DNA of 64,000 nucleotides from Bugula neritina (lineage: Eukaryota > Animalia > Bryozoa), in NCBI GenBank assembly GCA_964035545.1, contig OZ037765.1, forward strand, positions 2,170,001-2,234,000. Reading direction: 5' to 3'. The notes below the pieces were generated by a model. It did not search any database and was not told the origin of the DNA. It saw only the letters and a list, made by a program, of their open reading frames with translations. Each line of letters begins with the position of its first letter. The first letter of the stretch is position 1. Shown one piece after another: positions 1-17,472 of this stretch. The position numbers were made by a program, and so were the translations under genes.

Positions 1-709
1 TTACAGGGGTATATTAGGAACATCATGGAGCATGATGATACATTAGGAAGAGGTTTTAAACTACGAAAAAGCAGCCAGAAGAATTAGCTGTAAAAGCAAA
101 AGAAAACCTGAATGAGTCCTGACTCTACTTGTTAAAAGCCAATTGTCACTTTTCATATCATTAGATAACTTAAGAATTACAAGCTATGACCAACATGGAA
201 TATTCTAGAACGAATGAAGGCATTTAAAAAAAATCATAAATGTATCAGTTTACTTTACTTTCTACATAAGGTAGCTCATGTTGCTGCTTATTCGCATTAT
301 TAAGCAAATATGCAGCTCTATGCATTAGAAGTTAACATGACAACTGAAACTTGTTAGTATTTTGGGCACTGAGAACTCAGTATTTTTCAGCTATTTGAAG
401 CCACAGGTTGTATCATTTACAGATTCTCTCTATCACCTTGAATGGTATGTCTAAGCATATGCGTTCATCAGCTGTAGAACCTTTGACATCAAAAATGTGG
501 TAGGTAAATCAATACAGGCTTATAAATTATTCATAAAGAATGACGTAAGGCAAAAAGGAATAATGTTGGAATAAAATCAATAGAACCCAAGTATATTGCT
601 GATCTAAACGCAGGTCAAATCTGCAGTCGTATCAGTATATTTTATGCTCATAAATTAACTTTAAAAGAAATACACAGAATTTTGGTCTTAATAAATGTGT
701 TATTCACCG

Positions 710-975
710 TATTATACTCACACAGTACATATTATACATAGTATACATTATGCATAGTATATACTCACATAGTATATATTATACACAGTATATATTGTAC
801 ATAGTATATATTATACACTGTATATACTGATATACTCACACAGTACTATATATTATACACTGTATATACTCACACAGTATATACTATACACAGTATAATA
901 TGCTCACACTGTATATATTGTACACTGTATATACTTATACTGTATATACTACACACAGTATACTATACTCACACT
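710..975. repeat. Degenerate AT-rich minisatellite
   Basis: Repeats of tatacacagtatatat-like units. Confidence 0.8.
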
Positions 976-3316
976 TGATGCCTTCAGTAAACTTATACCA
1001 GCAGCTGTCATTTCCTTCCTCCACCTGACGAACTTTCTTAGCTGACCCTGACCTGCTGCCTGAGCCATTGTCAAACCCTCCGTCTAACGCTACAAAAAAT
1101 GATGACTTTCTAAATTTGTGTTATCGGAAATTATTTGGCACTTTTACAAGAGATTCTTTGGATCCAAGATAGTACAAAGCAGCTTCAGTTATAGTGAAGC
1201 GATGCTGTTGAAGTTGCAAGGGTCAGCGCTTTAAGAAATTTAGCCATTCATAACACAGTTACTATAAAAGACCCAAATTAAGAGAGGGAGGTGGCTGTCT
1301 TTTATTTTTCTTGTAGCGAAATGTGTAAAAGTTAAGCTTATTTTAAATGCATGCTTTACACTGCTAGCATTAAAACTGCTGAAATATAATTTAATATTTG
1401 ACAATGCTATTCTGCATTTGAAATATTTTTCTTCTCTCCGACCAGTTGCAAAGTCACTCAAACATTTGAAGGTATCAAGACTCAAACTTAGACTGAGCTC
1501 TACAGAATTTAGAACACTTACGACCACTGCCAAAAGAAGATGCCTGAAACACTTCGTTATCATGTGTAGCCGTGCTCCAAGCTGTTTTGCTGCGAGCACT
1601 GTCGGGACGAGACAGGGCCATGGTTTAGTAGTTCTCTACAGGCAGCAAACAGGAAACACTGTGAGCAGACGTATGTAAATATACCATACAGACCTCAGCA
1701 TTTAGATGCCTTAGAGGAGAAAATTTAGTAGCACATGTCTTCTAAGTTTTTTAATACATTTTGATTTGGGGTGCGTGTCAAAATTTTGCTACATTTCCAA
1801 ACTAGAACACATGCAGCCTTCTCTCAATCTATACCTCACCACTATTAGTGTGCTCAAAAACATTAACCAACATTTTTACGAATTCAGACTTTTTCAACTT
1901 ATTGCAATATTTGTATTAAATACCAATTGAATTCACAACTATATTATGGTAACTCAAATTAATTCATCTAATGATTCACTAAACATCATATACTAACCTT
2001 CAGTGAGTTTATCGTCAAAAGTAGATTGAATGGAATTCCTGGCAATGTATGTGTGAGCCAAGTAGATTTCTAGCTGCCAATTGCACCGACAGCAAGAAGA
2101 AATGACAAGCACAGGTAAATCAATACGGCAGCAACCATTGGTAAGGTAACTAATCAATAGATAAACAATAGAACATCAACATCAAATAATGAACAGTTTA
2201 AATTTTCATTACTTCTAAATAAAGAGCTATAGTTTCACATGGCAGAAATCAATACGAGAAAAACATTTCCACTTCAACCTAGCAATCGATAGATATAAAA
2301 AGGGTATAGCATGATTATTTGTTACTTTAGAGCTTAAAATAATCAATGTATAGGCAAAAGTTGCGAACTGACCTGGTCATGGATGCTTTCTCCATTTACA
2401 ATTCAGTTCAACAGAATTAACTGTGGAAACACTGGTTAACCACCCTTTATGATTCCTAATATAACAAATGGTATCTCTAGCAAAGTGACTTTAACTATGA
2501 TTATAGTTTGATTAATATGATGTTGGCTTTACTAAGTGCCTTTATCCAGAACATTTTGAGCAACAAATTTAACCCATTGCCAGAGCAGTAGATTTGAAAG
2601 ACCAACAATGAAATCGACTTTGGTCTAATTTTTGCTCCATAATATAAAGCCATATTGGCCAACTATGAAACGCAATCTATTTCCACACAGATTTTCATTT
2701 CAAAAATAGAAACTGTAGCACTTACTCAGCAAAAGAAGTGAAAAGAGTAAACTTTAAATATTGTATTTATATTAAATATTCTATAATTATATAATACATA
2801 AATGGATAATACATTCCTAAGCTTGCCCTGGTGACATATAAATGAGCGCCCAATCAGATCTAAGAGTTTCTCAACTCAAGAAAGACAGGCATTAATTGGA
2901 AACAGAAAATCCACACAGAAAAGCTTAAATAGTTCGAAATAACAAAGAAGGTTAAATACTTTTGAGACAGTTTAAAGCAGGAAAATGACTCTGAGCCAGC
3001 CAAAGTCAACAGAAAATGACTCCACTTGTTCAAGTAGGCCTTGAATTTCTCTAGTAAGCCTTAAATATTCCAAGTAGAGGTCATTCAGTACTAGATATTA
3101 AGCCTTTCAGTGAAATTAGACTGACCTAATAGTACGAGGGACTGCGCTGTTAGTCATTAGCTAGTAAATAGTTCTGCGTGACATCTCTAATATAAACATA
3201 AATACTTGCATCCCGGAACTAATAAAATACATATCCATGATGAGAAGATGCTTTCATGATAAAAACATACAGATGTAATAAAAATATAGATCACTATAAC
3301 TCTAGAAATCCGCTCA

Positions 3317-6300
3317 TCAGAGAAAAGGATTATTCATGTTAGATGCGGCAGGCTGCTGAGGATACATCATTGGCTGCTGGTACAGGGGTTGTTGAGGGGT
3401 CATCCCCGGGTAGGGCGCTGCCATCGGCATCATAGGGTTGGCTAGGTTAGGGGTGACTGGGTTGAAGCCGCTGCTGGACACGCCCGCTGACATCTGGTTG
3501 AGAGAGGGTCTGGCGGGCTGCTGAGCTGTGAAGGGATTGTTATCTGCAGCCGAGTGAGCCGGCCCATTCGCTCCCACACCAGTCATGGCAAATGGGTTGA
3601 CAACTCCTAAAACACGAATACAACAAATAAGACGACAACTCCTAAAACAAGAATACAACAAATAAGATGACAACTCCTAAATTAAAAACACAATAAAAGG
3701 TTGACAACTCCTAGAATAGGAATGCCTCATACTCATTAGAAGGTAAGGCACGCCTTTTATTACCACAGATGATAAAATTACCAAAAAGTCCAACTTAAAT
3801 ACCATCTTGCTACAGGCTATAAGCTTGAATGCTTTGTTGAACCACATTTATCTTTCATGTAACAGCATAAAGAGTTTCTATAGTTTAAACTTTAAAATAA
3901 ACTGCTAAAAATTGAAGTCAATTTTTTTTACAAGTAAACGCTGAAAAGGTCTCAGAGAAAATCACAAATATAGCAGGTTATTACAGCTTTTTACACTAAC
4001 AGTCATAGCAGATAGTAGAGTACTACTATCAGTGCTAGTAGACAGTGGAGTACTACTAACAGTGCTAGTAGACAGTAGAGAACTACTAACAGTGCTAGTA
4101 GACAGTAGAGTACTACTAACAGTGCTAGTAGATAGTAGAGTACTACTAACAGTGCTAGTAGATAGTAGAGTACTACTAACAGTCATAGTAGATAGTAGAT
4201 TACACTAACAGTGCTAGTAGATAGTAGAGTATTCCTGCAACACAAAACATCATACCTGTAGCTGAGGCTGGTTTGGTGATTAGGCTGTCTAAATTCACCA
4301 AAGTTTTAGCCTTCTGGTCAAGGAAATCTTCGGGTTTCTTTGGGCCGGTGAGGGACACGGCCCCGTGTGTTTGAATAGGGGGCAGAGTGGAGTGAACTGA
4401 ACTCATGTCAAACAGATCCTGTCCATTCGAACCTGACAAAGAGAGCGGATAACTACTAAATACACCAAATTCTCGTCATGTAACTGTAAATACTGTCAAC
4501 ACCATGCCGTACGTATTACATAAACCACACCAGCTAAGCTTGGCTAAAATATTATTTCAAACAAAATCTCAACACTATCACTACGTTTCCAAGCTTTGAA
4601 TTATGTGAATGTATTACATTGGATGTTTGGAAACAGTTGCATTCACCCTATGAGCATCCATTCGCATGATGAAGTAATGGAAACGCAGTGTAAGGGTTGA
4701 GTCCCAGTTCAACACACAAGTTGAAAGGTCAAACAAGTAATACAGGATAGCCTGAGGTCTTACTAGCGACTGCTGGCTGGCTAGACGGGGTGCTCCTCAT
4801 ACCCAACATGTCAAAGTCATCGTCTTCAGTGGCGGGTTTGCTAGCCTGTGAGCTACCATTAGAGAAGCCTGTGTCCCAAGGAGATGAAGACGATGCTATG
4901 GGGGCTGCAGAAGTAGTGGTGCTCCAAGGGTCATTACCAACAGCTGTAGGAACAACCATATTCATGGTACAGTTTGTGAATAAGAAGGACCTAAGGCTAT
5001 GATCAGTGCTGACTGCGGGGCAGGTGCCTAAGGTCACCGATACTCTGTTCAACTGATAGAAAATTATTTCACAGATATTTGCCTAATGTGAGAATCTCAA
5101 ACTAAAATCCAACTACAGAAAAGGTTGAAAAAATACTGAAAATTTCCCTGCAATGGTAAAACAAACTAATAAGCTCAACATTTTCATTAATATTCCATTT
5201 TTGATAGAAGATAACTCCGAATTATAAAGAAATTGATTAAATTACAAAAGTTTTCCCTGCTGCACCAGTGAGACAGCCGGATAGAGTAGTAATAACTCAC
5301 CACTGACAGGCGGAGTAGTGTCCCACGGGTTGCTATTTATAGTTGAAGGTGTAGGGGCAGAAGGGCTGCTTGCCCAGGGGTCGTTTGCCCCTGCGGAGGG
5401 TAGAGGTGAGAATGGACTGGCTGCGTTAGCCTGAGGGGCTGGGGCCCAGGGATCAGAGGCGGGCACCGGGTTCCAAGGATCATTGGTAGCCAACTGCGGG
5501 GCTGCGCCAGTACCACCCGCAAAGTCTAGCAAATGCTACAAAAGTTACAGGAGTTTGAGCAAACGATTCCTACTTGATGAATGAAAAGTTCCAAAATTAA
5601 TCAAGTGTTTTACACTTGTCTCCAACCCTCTATTGTGTCATTGAAGTTCTTGAGTTGAAAAATGTCAGTTTATAAAGAAACTCCAAAGCTGTTTTACAGC
5701 AACCAGTATCTATTTATAGTAACCAGCATCTATTTATAGCAACCAGTATCTATTTATAGCAACCAGCATCTATTTATGGCAACTAGCAATGTTTTATAGC
5801 AAACCATATTAATTTATAGAAACAGAAGTGAAATGTGAAATGTATTGAGGCTAAGACATGCAAATAATGGGCACAATATCCAGCAAAGTTCACGTGTACT
5901 TACCTCTTAAACAGATGCATATAATATAGTGACATACGATGCATGTACTTACCTCTCATGAAAAACCATATAATATATAAACTGTAGATACGGTATGACA
6001 GAAATATAATATATACACAGGTGTATGTATGCATATAATAGTATAATACAAGCCGCAGTTACAGCTGGATAGGCAATGATCTCCTATTACAGAATTAATT
6101 TATACATATATCTAGTATAACCACTTTTATATGGTTTGTTTTGTCAATGTTTGCAGTGCTATAATAATATAAGTTATAATAATTTGCAGGAGATAGTTAG
6201 ATTTATCTGCTCTAGTTGAATGTACTAACATTTATAAGCAGTAGTAGACTGAAACAACTACGAAGCAAAGCTGCTGTCAAAGAGAAGAAAACTACGAAGC

Positions 6301-9300
6301 AGATACAGGCAGATAACATGCGGCTATGTTTACAACACCTCAACTTACTAGGTTCTTTCTATGAAACTGTAAAACACGGATACACAGATAACTATATGAG
6401 AATATCAGGTCCACCTACAGTTACATAAATACTAAATTGGCTTTCAGATTTTAGTATTTGCTTACTAAGCAGTTAACAGTAGATATTAGGAATTTTTGAG
6501 ATGCCTGAATACAACAAAGAGACAGGGAAAAAGAAAATAAAATTAATTGATAGACAAACCAAATTCTTCTCGCTTACAAATCAATATTTAGAACCATCCA
6601 GCTATGAGCTGTTTTCAACAAGAGCTGCCAATATAATGGAGTAGCTATAAATAGCATATACTGGGAGTTATCTCACCTCTTCTTTCGTGGTGGTCTCCTC
6701 TTTCTTACTCTCCTCAATGGCCATCTGCAGCTTCAAGTCGTCGTTAGTTTGCTTCTTGGCATCGTTCTCTGCCTCCTCTTTGCTCATAGCCAAGGCAAGC
6801 TGTAGCTGGAGTTCTTCCTCACCAGCCGAGTGGGGACGGGCCTCCTCCAGCTCGGGGTTGGCCAGGTTTGTAGACTTGGGAGCTGAGTCTGCAAGGAATT
6901 ATTGTCAGCTTGTAGCAGGTGGTTTAAATGAGTGAACTTTCAACTTAGCAAATGAATTGCAATCCTTTATAGCTTTAGAGCCAAACTTATTAAAGTGTGG
7001 GGTGTCAGAAGCACCCTTATTCACCGGTTTTATAGCCTTAATTTACTTTTAAACACAATGAGGCAACAGTGAGGTATGTTTTAAACTGAAGCTGCACAAA
7101 GTCAAGTGAAATAGATAAATTGGATGAGAATCATGTCAAAAAACCGATAAGACAATTTCATTTCAGCAACAAAATGGTTGGTATGTGTTATAGAGATATA
7201 CAGCCTATAGGAGCTGCCTAGTTGATAAATCATTAGTATATATGCAGCGCTAGGCCAAGGTTCAAATGTTGTTCAGTATAATACTAGTAACTTGCTATCA
7301 AAATGCTGTAGGAATTCAGAGTGAAACAAAACTGCATTTATTTATTTCATGAATTAAGAAGATAAGCCAATTATATCCATAGATAGCAACATACTGCTTT
7401 ATAATGTGATATGATGGGGAAATCCACAAGTATGAATAATGCAGCACAGAGCAAAGAAAGCTTTTCTATATCTCAAATACACTTCATACAAAGTTATAAC
7501 TCTATTGTATCCCAGCTATTAGTAAAACAATGGGTGTTATTTAACATTGAAAATAGTTCCTGGATCAATATCACGATTGCAAGGCCTATTAATCAATCAC
7601 ATTCAACTTTCTCTTGAAATAAAGCCAATGTTAATTCAGCAGTAAAGGAGTGTTAGACTGAAAACACCATTGCCTCATAATCTATTACAATAATATGGTT
7701 ATGAAATGATCTTACAGTAGTACATTACTACAGTAATATAGTACTACAGTAATATAGTATTGCAGTAACATAAATATGACAGTAGTATAGTATTACAGTG
7801 ATATAGTATTACTGTAACATAGTATTACAGTAATATAAATATTATAATAAAAACAACGAACACTCAGTTATGACAACTCCCCACAGTAGAAAGTGCACTA
7901 TTCACTGTAAGTTCTGTTCACTAGCAAACACAATAGCAGTACTAAAGAACCTGTAATAGCCATTTATTGAGTGGTAAGCAAGCAGAAATCTATTTAGTTT
8001 GTATACAGTATGCCAGCTAAAGTAATATATCTTGATATCAATCTACTTCTATTCTTAGGGTGCATAACCACAAATATTTATTTTCAGTTTAGACTCAAAA
8101 CCAGGCCATACACTGGTTGTTTTAGACCAGCACACAGTAATGGTAGAAAGTTAAGCAGTGGACAATTTGAGTATTTCTAGCAGTTTGATATCTTTTAAGT
8201 TAAAAACTGCTAACAAAATTTATTACCATTTATTTTGTTGACACAATTTATTGCCCAATCCTAGTAGAGTAGTTCTTTACACACTAGCAATGCACAATAC
8301 CCAACATTTGTGCACTTTCATTATTTCTAAAACTATTTTTAGAACAGTTTATCCCCCAGACTGCTGAGTATGTCTGAATAGCAGCTATCGATTAACACAG
8401 TGAGACTAGACATTAACTCACCAGCAAAGGTCATGGGTTTGTGGTGTTTGGGTTTGCTCATCTGTGTCTACAAAAATAGAATTCACAGAATTTCACAGAA
8501 ATTAGTCTATTACAGAAACAGGAAATACACGAGTAGCACTAGGGCAGCCTCTATGGTGTTTAGTAGTTCTATCGGTGTGTAGCGAATCATAAACTTAGTC
8601 TTAGAGTCAACAACTGAAATCTAATCTCCCAGATGATGACTCATTGTATGGTGTCAACTGTCAGTGAGAGAGAGAAAAGCTTGAAACTTGATTCACTGGG
8701 GAATAAGATTTGTAACCAGATGAATGTTTACAAAGAAATATAGTATAGTACAGAGCTGTATAGTTTGTAATGTACAGTGTGTAGTATAATGCAGTGTAGT
8801 GTAGTATAGTATAGTACACTAAAGTATAGTACAGCGTAGTATAGAGTAGTGTAGTAAACTATACTATGCTATGCTACACTAGACTGAAACATAGTATACT
8901 ATATTATAGTACAGTATTGAGTAGAATAACATAACGTAGTATAGACTATAGTACAGTATAGCGTAGTATAGTATACTATATAGTGTAGTATATAGTGTAG
9001 TATAGTATAACATAGTGTAGTATAATATAATATAGTGTAGTATAGTATAATATAATGTAGTATAATGCAGTATAGTAAGTAGTATAGACTAGGCTAATCA
9101 CCAACGCAAAATAGTCTGTGAATGTCACTGTAATTTCTTAGTTTCAAAACATACAAATATTCTATAAGTTAACGGACAGATAGATTAGTTTCAGTACTCA
9201 AAGCACCTAGTGGGGAGGGGGGGGGAGACAACACCCTACAACTTACCGATGTGGAATCACTGCCAATCCCGAAACTCTCTGTAAATCTTTCTTTAGCCTT

Positions 9301-10806
9301 CAGAGCCTTAGTTCTCTCATTCTTCAGTCTCTCATCGTCTTTCAGTAGAGCTACTAAGGCTTTGGCCTTTTCCCTCACGTTGGCTCCCAGATCCTTGTTG
9401 TCCTCGAGGTGCTGGAAGTCTTTCAGAGTCTGTATGGCAAAGATATTCTCCTTGCACTGCTGTGCCACCTGGGCATACAGAGGGCTTAGTATACATCATC
9501 CGTTGAGTAGGTTAACCACAGACACGTGACCTGAACAATGCCTGCACTGCGTCTATTGTAATCATACTAGTACTGAATGGGGGAGTTCATTTGATAGTTG
9601 GCTATTCAATAGAAGGACTGATTGATCACTATTAACTGATACTATACAATAAACAATAACTTTCACTACAAAACGACCAGTCAGTGTGTTACATCAATCT
9701 TCTATCAGTCACATTGGAATGAGAATGAACTTTGGGCAAAAGACTGATTGATACATGAATAACACTATGACATTTGAACAAATAAAAAGCCACACTGTAT
9801 CAAAATCTGTATAAATTAACATCCACCTAGTTACTAGTAGTTGAGGTCATATCACATTAGCTGATGGGAAAGCTAATCCAAGTTTATGTACAAGCGATGT
9901 ATATTAAAATACATATATCTATGTGTTACCCCTGATAGTAAGTCATTAGTAAAATATATAATAGACACTGTATTATGGTGTGGGTAGAAAATGAGAGGGT
10001 CGTTTGCACTTTCCATGGACACTCTAGATATCCAATATGGAGGTGTGAGGGGCGTGTCAAGTCAATTTGCCTTTCCTGTAGCTAACTAACTCCCTGGCCT
10101 TATATAATGACAAACCAACTGATTTAATGACTGATGGTAGGCCTGGGAATTAGAAATTATGGGAGAATAAACAGCAATCAACTTATTCTATATCTGAACC
10201 AGCGAAATTATATGTTCATTTGCCACTGTTACCCGCTACACAATGAGATATAACATTTAATTAAACATTTCTTTTCATGTTTGAGGAAATAAACATAAGT
10301 ATATGAATACCCAACTCAAATACAACTTGATACCTATTGTTGGGCACACATTCACAACCAACATTAAGTCACACGCATTTTCAGCAACCAGAAACTAAAT
10401 TTTAGACTTTGATCAGACATTTTCAGAAAAAAAAGCTCTTTTTAGAAATTTGTTTCTTCTGAATTCAAAGGGTGGAGAGTAAATAATAAAGAGGTAGTTG
10501 CAGTAGAGGAGAAATTAAACAAAGCCCGTGTTCTAAATGTACCTTTTCAGAGCCAGTCTTCATGATGTATTCCAGAAGTGTGAGAGACTTGTATACGTGT
10601 CGCCAGTTCTTGCCATGGTCATTCAGACGTCTCCAGATCATCTGCATGATCTCGGTGAACGCTACGACATTGTATGTGAGGTCGGCTATCTCAGCCATGA
10701 GCGTGCTCGAAGGACCCCATGGGTCGTTTGATGTCGCTTCTCGAACTTTGACCTCTGCATCTGTATAGTTCTTAACAATGTTCTTCACAGACCTCAGTAC
10801 AGGCAT
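3317..10806 (-). CDS. EPN: Epsin (ENTH-domain clathrin adaptor; EPN1/2/liquid facets family)
   Basis: Coding exons (minus) 10806-10543, 9468-9247, 8467-8422, 6888-6677, 5535-5301, 4943-4764, 4432-4256, 3606-3317 join in frame at GT/AG sites (eight segments if the short 46-nt 8467-8422 exon, the least certain, is counted; it is needed to keep phase). ENTH motif 'VKVREATSNDPWGP...NWRHVYKSLTLLEY'. Two UIMs (EEELQLQLALAMSKEE, DDLKLQMAIEESKKE), several DPW motifs, clathrin box LVNLD, three NPF motifs ending NPFL*. Confidence 0.96.
3597..3714. repeat. ~35-bp repeat reiterating the epsin last-exon splice acceptor
   Basis: gacaactccta occurs at ~3599, 3634, 3669 and 3703. Confidence 0.85.
3995..4230. 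repeat. 30-bp minisatellite in epsin intron
   Basis: Unit gtagagtactactaacagtgctagtaga(c/t)a, ~7 copies. Confidence 0.92.
5698..5802. repeat. 20-bp tandem repeat in epsin intron
   Basis: agcaaccag(t/c)atctatttat, ~4-5 copies. Confidence 0.85.
8738..9088. repeat. Degenerate pentanucleotide (TAGTA/TAGTG) satellite in epsin intron
   Basis: Direct reading; a similar degenerate tract (acagtaatatagtatt) lies at ~7715-7845. Confidence 0.8.
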
Positions 10807-11742
10807 GTTGTCCGCTCTGTGCTATTATTTTTATGGTTTCTAAAACAAGCAAACGCAATGAATGAAAATTTTGACACAAAAAGTTGAAAAAGGTAATTTT
10901 AAAATTGTATCATAATAATACATAATGCGTACACTTGAGCAATAGCGTTCATATAACCATATTTTCAAATGCAGCATTGCTTTATTTTAGCCTACACATT
11001 TATACGCTAAACCTTGAGTTCTACAGCGATTAGGTAGTAACTTAAGCTAACATCTTGTTACATACTCAAACGTTTGTGAAAGTTGAAGCTTAAAATCCAT
11101 TATCTATCATTTGAGTTTTGCTTAGAAGGTTTATGAGTGGAATGAGCTACATGTAGTGTAAATGTGACTAACACTCACAGTCACACAAAGAATAGGATGT
11201 GTATGATGAACATATCACTATCAGTACAGTTGTGGATATCTATCTATAGTTTGTTTCAATTTTGGTGATTAGGATCAATGTGATTACTAAAACCAGTCTG
11301 AAGTGGTTTGACTACGAGCTTCAATAAAGCCCCATAAATCTTATTAGTTATTAGTAACTATTAAACTTACTGTATTAAATTTAATACAATCATTATGTAA
11401 ACATTAATAATTAATGAAAGCAAATACCAAGTGTTAGTCTAAATCTAAGGAGTACAATAACATTTTGTTAAACTTATTCCGATAACTTATACTTATGTCT
11501 TATAGTTATACTATAACTTATACTTATACTTTATTATTTATAGTTATAGTTATAATCATTGTACTCATAGTGATACTGATAGTCATACTCATAGTAATAG
11601 TCTTATACCCATAGTCATTACTCATTAGACTTGGTAGTAAAACTAATTCTCATTCAGTCATTGGTGATTGATTATCATTATCATTATGAATTATTATCAT
11701 TAATGATTAATGAAATCAAATTTAAATATTATTAAATTTTAC

Positions 11743-12126
11743 CTTCGGCGTTTATATGAAAATGAATGGTCACGATAACAAATGCTACGTGATTATGGAC
11801 GCTAAAAATAATTTAAAATTAATATTAACTGTTTACTTTTAGAGCTTGCTTTTCATTTTAAGAAACTAATATAAAATAAGTTAATATAAATATCAACTGA
11901 AAAAAGCTATCTACAGTCGGTAATAAGACCGGAAATAGATGATCATTTAGTCAACATGGCGACCAGGGTCACTGTGTAGGTCATATTGACGTCCGAAGAC
12001 AGCAGCTGCATCAAATCTCTTTTCCGATATTTTGATTTCAGTTATTGCTCACTTGCCAAATAGACAAATATTCTCGGACTAATTATAACTTTCTGGTTGG
12101 ACAACATTACAAATGAATATTTTGTC
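11743..12126. promoter_or_regulatory. Bidirectional promoter / 5'UTR region shared by epsin and SLC35E3
   Basis: Divergent genes. A likely epsin non-coding first exon ends at a minus-strand donor at ~11743, with acceptor at ~10839. A locally CpG-richer patch at ~11915-12010 has CCGGAAAT (ETS-like), AACATGGCG (YY1-like) and TGACGTC (CRE-like). Confidence 0.6.
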
Positions 12127-16070
<3,944 letters not shown>

Positions 16071-17472
16071 TGTCAATCAAAAGGTTAGTTTTTATGGAAT
16101 TGAAGGACACAGTATTTTATTATACATGTTTGTTGTAATGTAATGTTAGGTTTGGTTGTACCTGTTTTGAAAAATGCCTACGTGCTGTAATGTTTGTTCT
16201 TTCATTCTGCTATTTTGATTGTAGCCTTGGTCCAATGATTAATATTGTGGGCATGCAGGTTGTGACGGGTTATATCAAAGCCCACTCTCCCTTCATTATG
16301 TTGAACCCTTAGAGCACGGTCTAGGCCGATAGCGCATAGACTTTTACCATTCATATTTTCACATGTATTTTGACTTTAACAAAACTCAATTTCTGTTATT
16401 TTTGCAGTCATCTTATACCTGAATGATAGCTGGAGAAATTTTCTCGTTGGCCGAATAGCCACGAGATGTTGCACATTCCTGAGCCACAATCTGGCAGCAA
16501 CCATACTCAAGTCAAAACTGGCAGCAACTCAATTATTGCTCACTGAGTTATAGAATTAAATGTTTTAATGATTTATCTTCTCCTGACAGCTCTAATATAA
16601 TCTAATATCTATTATATTCTGTGACAGATTATCCTATAGCAAAGTATTTCTACATACTCTGATATTCCCTTTTGTTTCGATTAATTAACTTCTTTTACCT
16701 GATTTTTAGCTTTAATATATACTCTATACTTTTAAGTGATTCAATTGATTTGATTATGTTGAAGCTTTACAGTTTGGTGCTTACTTAAGGAGATGCTGTG
16801 TATTCATAAATATTTATGTATTTTATTCTTTTGTTTTCTAAAAGATGATAAAATTACGAGATGCCGCATTTTTTAGAAAATGTAAAATTTTTAGAAATTT
16901 TGACTCTGTTATCATTCAGTGATTTGATATAGTGCTTGATCTAGTTACCTTACCCCGACTTTTTACAAAATTTGGTTATTTTGTGGCATTTTCTGTTGTT
17001 AATAATCGCGTAAGGGATAATGTAATACTTGTGAATAAATGTTGATCTTCCATATGATCTTAAGGTCTAACAGCTATAAATTTTAAAATAATTGTTTTAG
17101 AAACTTTAATTTAAACATTATTATTATCTCAGTAGAAGGTTGAACCAAAATCAATACCGATTCTCAAGAATAACATCTCAACAACTGTGTTTATTCAAAT
17201 GAAAATTAGGTAATCCAATTGCTTTATTAAAACATGGGAGTCATTGTGTGATATCACAGTTTTGAGCTTTTCTATATTGTTATGCAATAAATTCACAATA
17301 GAAAAACTGAATTAAAATTTGGCTAGTATAATAGAAGATGCAATTTATTTATTGAATATAAAAAAAATTATCTCATGAATTCGACAAAAGCTCAATTATG
17401 GAAGTATTAAAATGTATGTGTTACATAATTTTGATTAAATGAAGATAAATTTCAATTACATCATAGAACCAA

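Noticed and set aside
1240-1678. Overlapping 119-aa and 86-aa ORFs
   Set aside because: No recognisable domain or exon structure; probably UTR or intergenic.
3962-4186. Ser/Thr-rich ORF
   Set aside because: Translation of an intronic 30-bp minisatellite.
5895-5985. Two strong donor-like sites (GAG|GTAAGTAC on minus) in an epsin intron, possible cassette exons
   Set aside because: The nearest candidate exon is 28 nt (frameshifting) with non-coding composition, and the flanking exons already join in frame.
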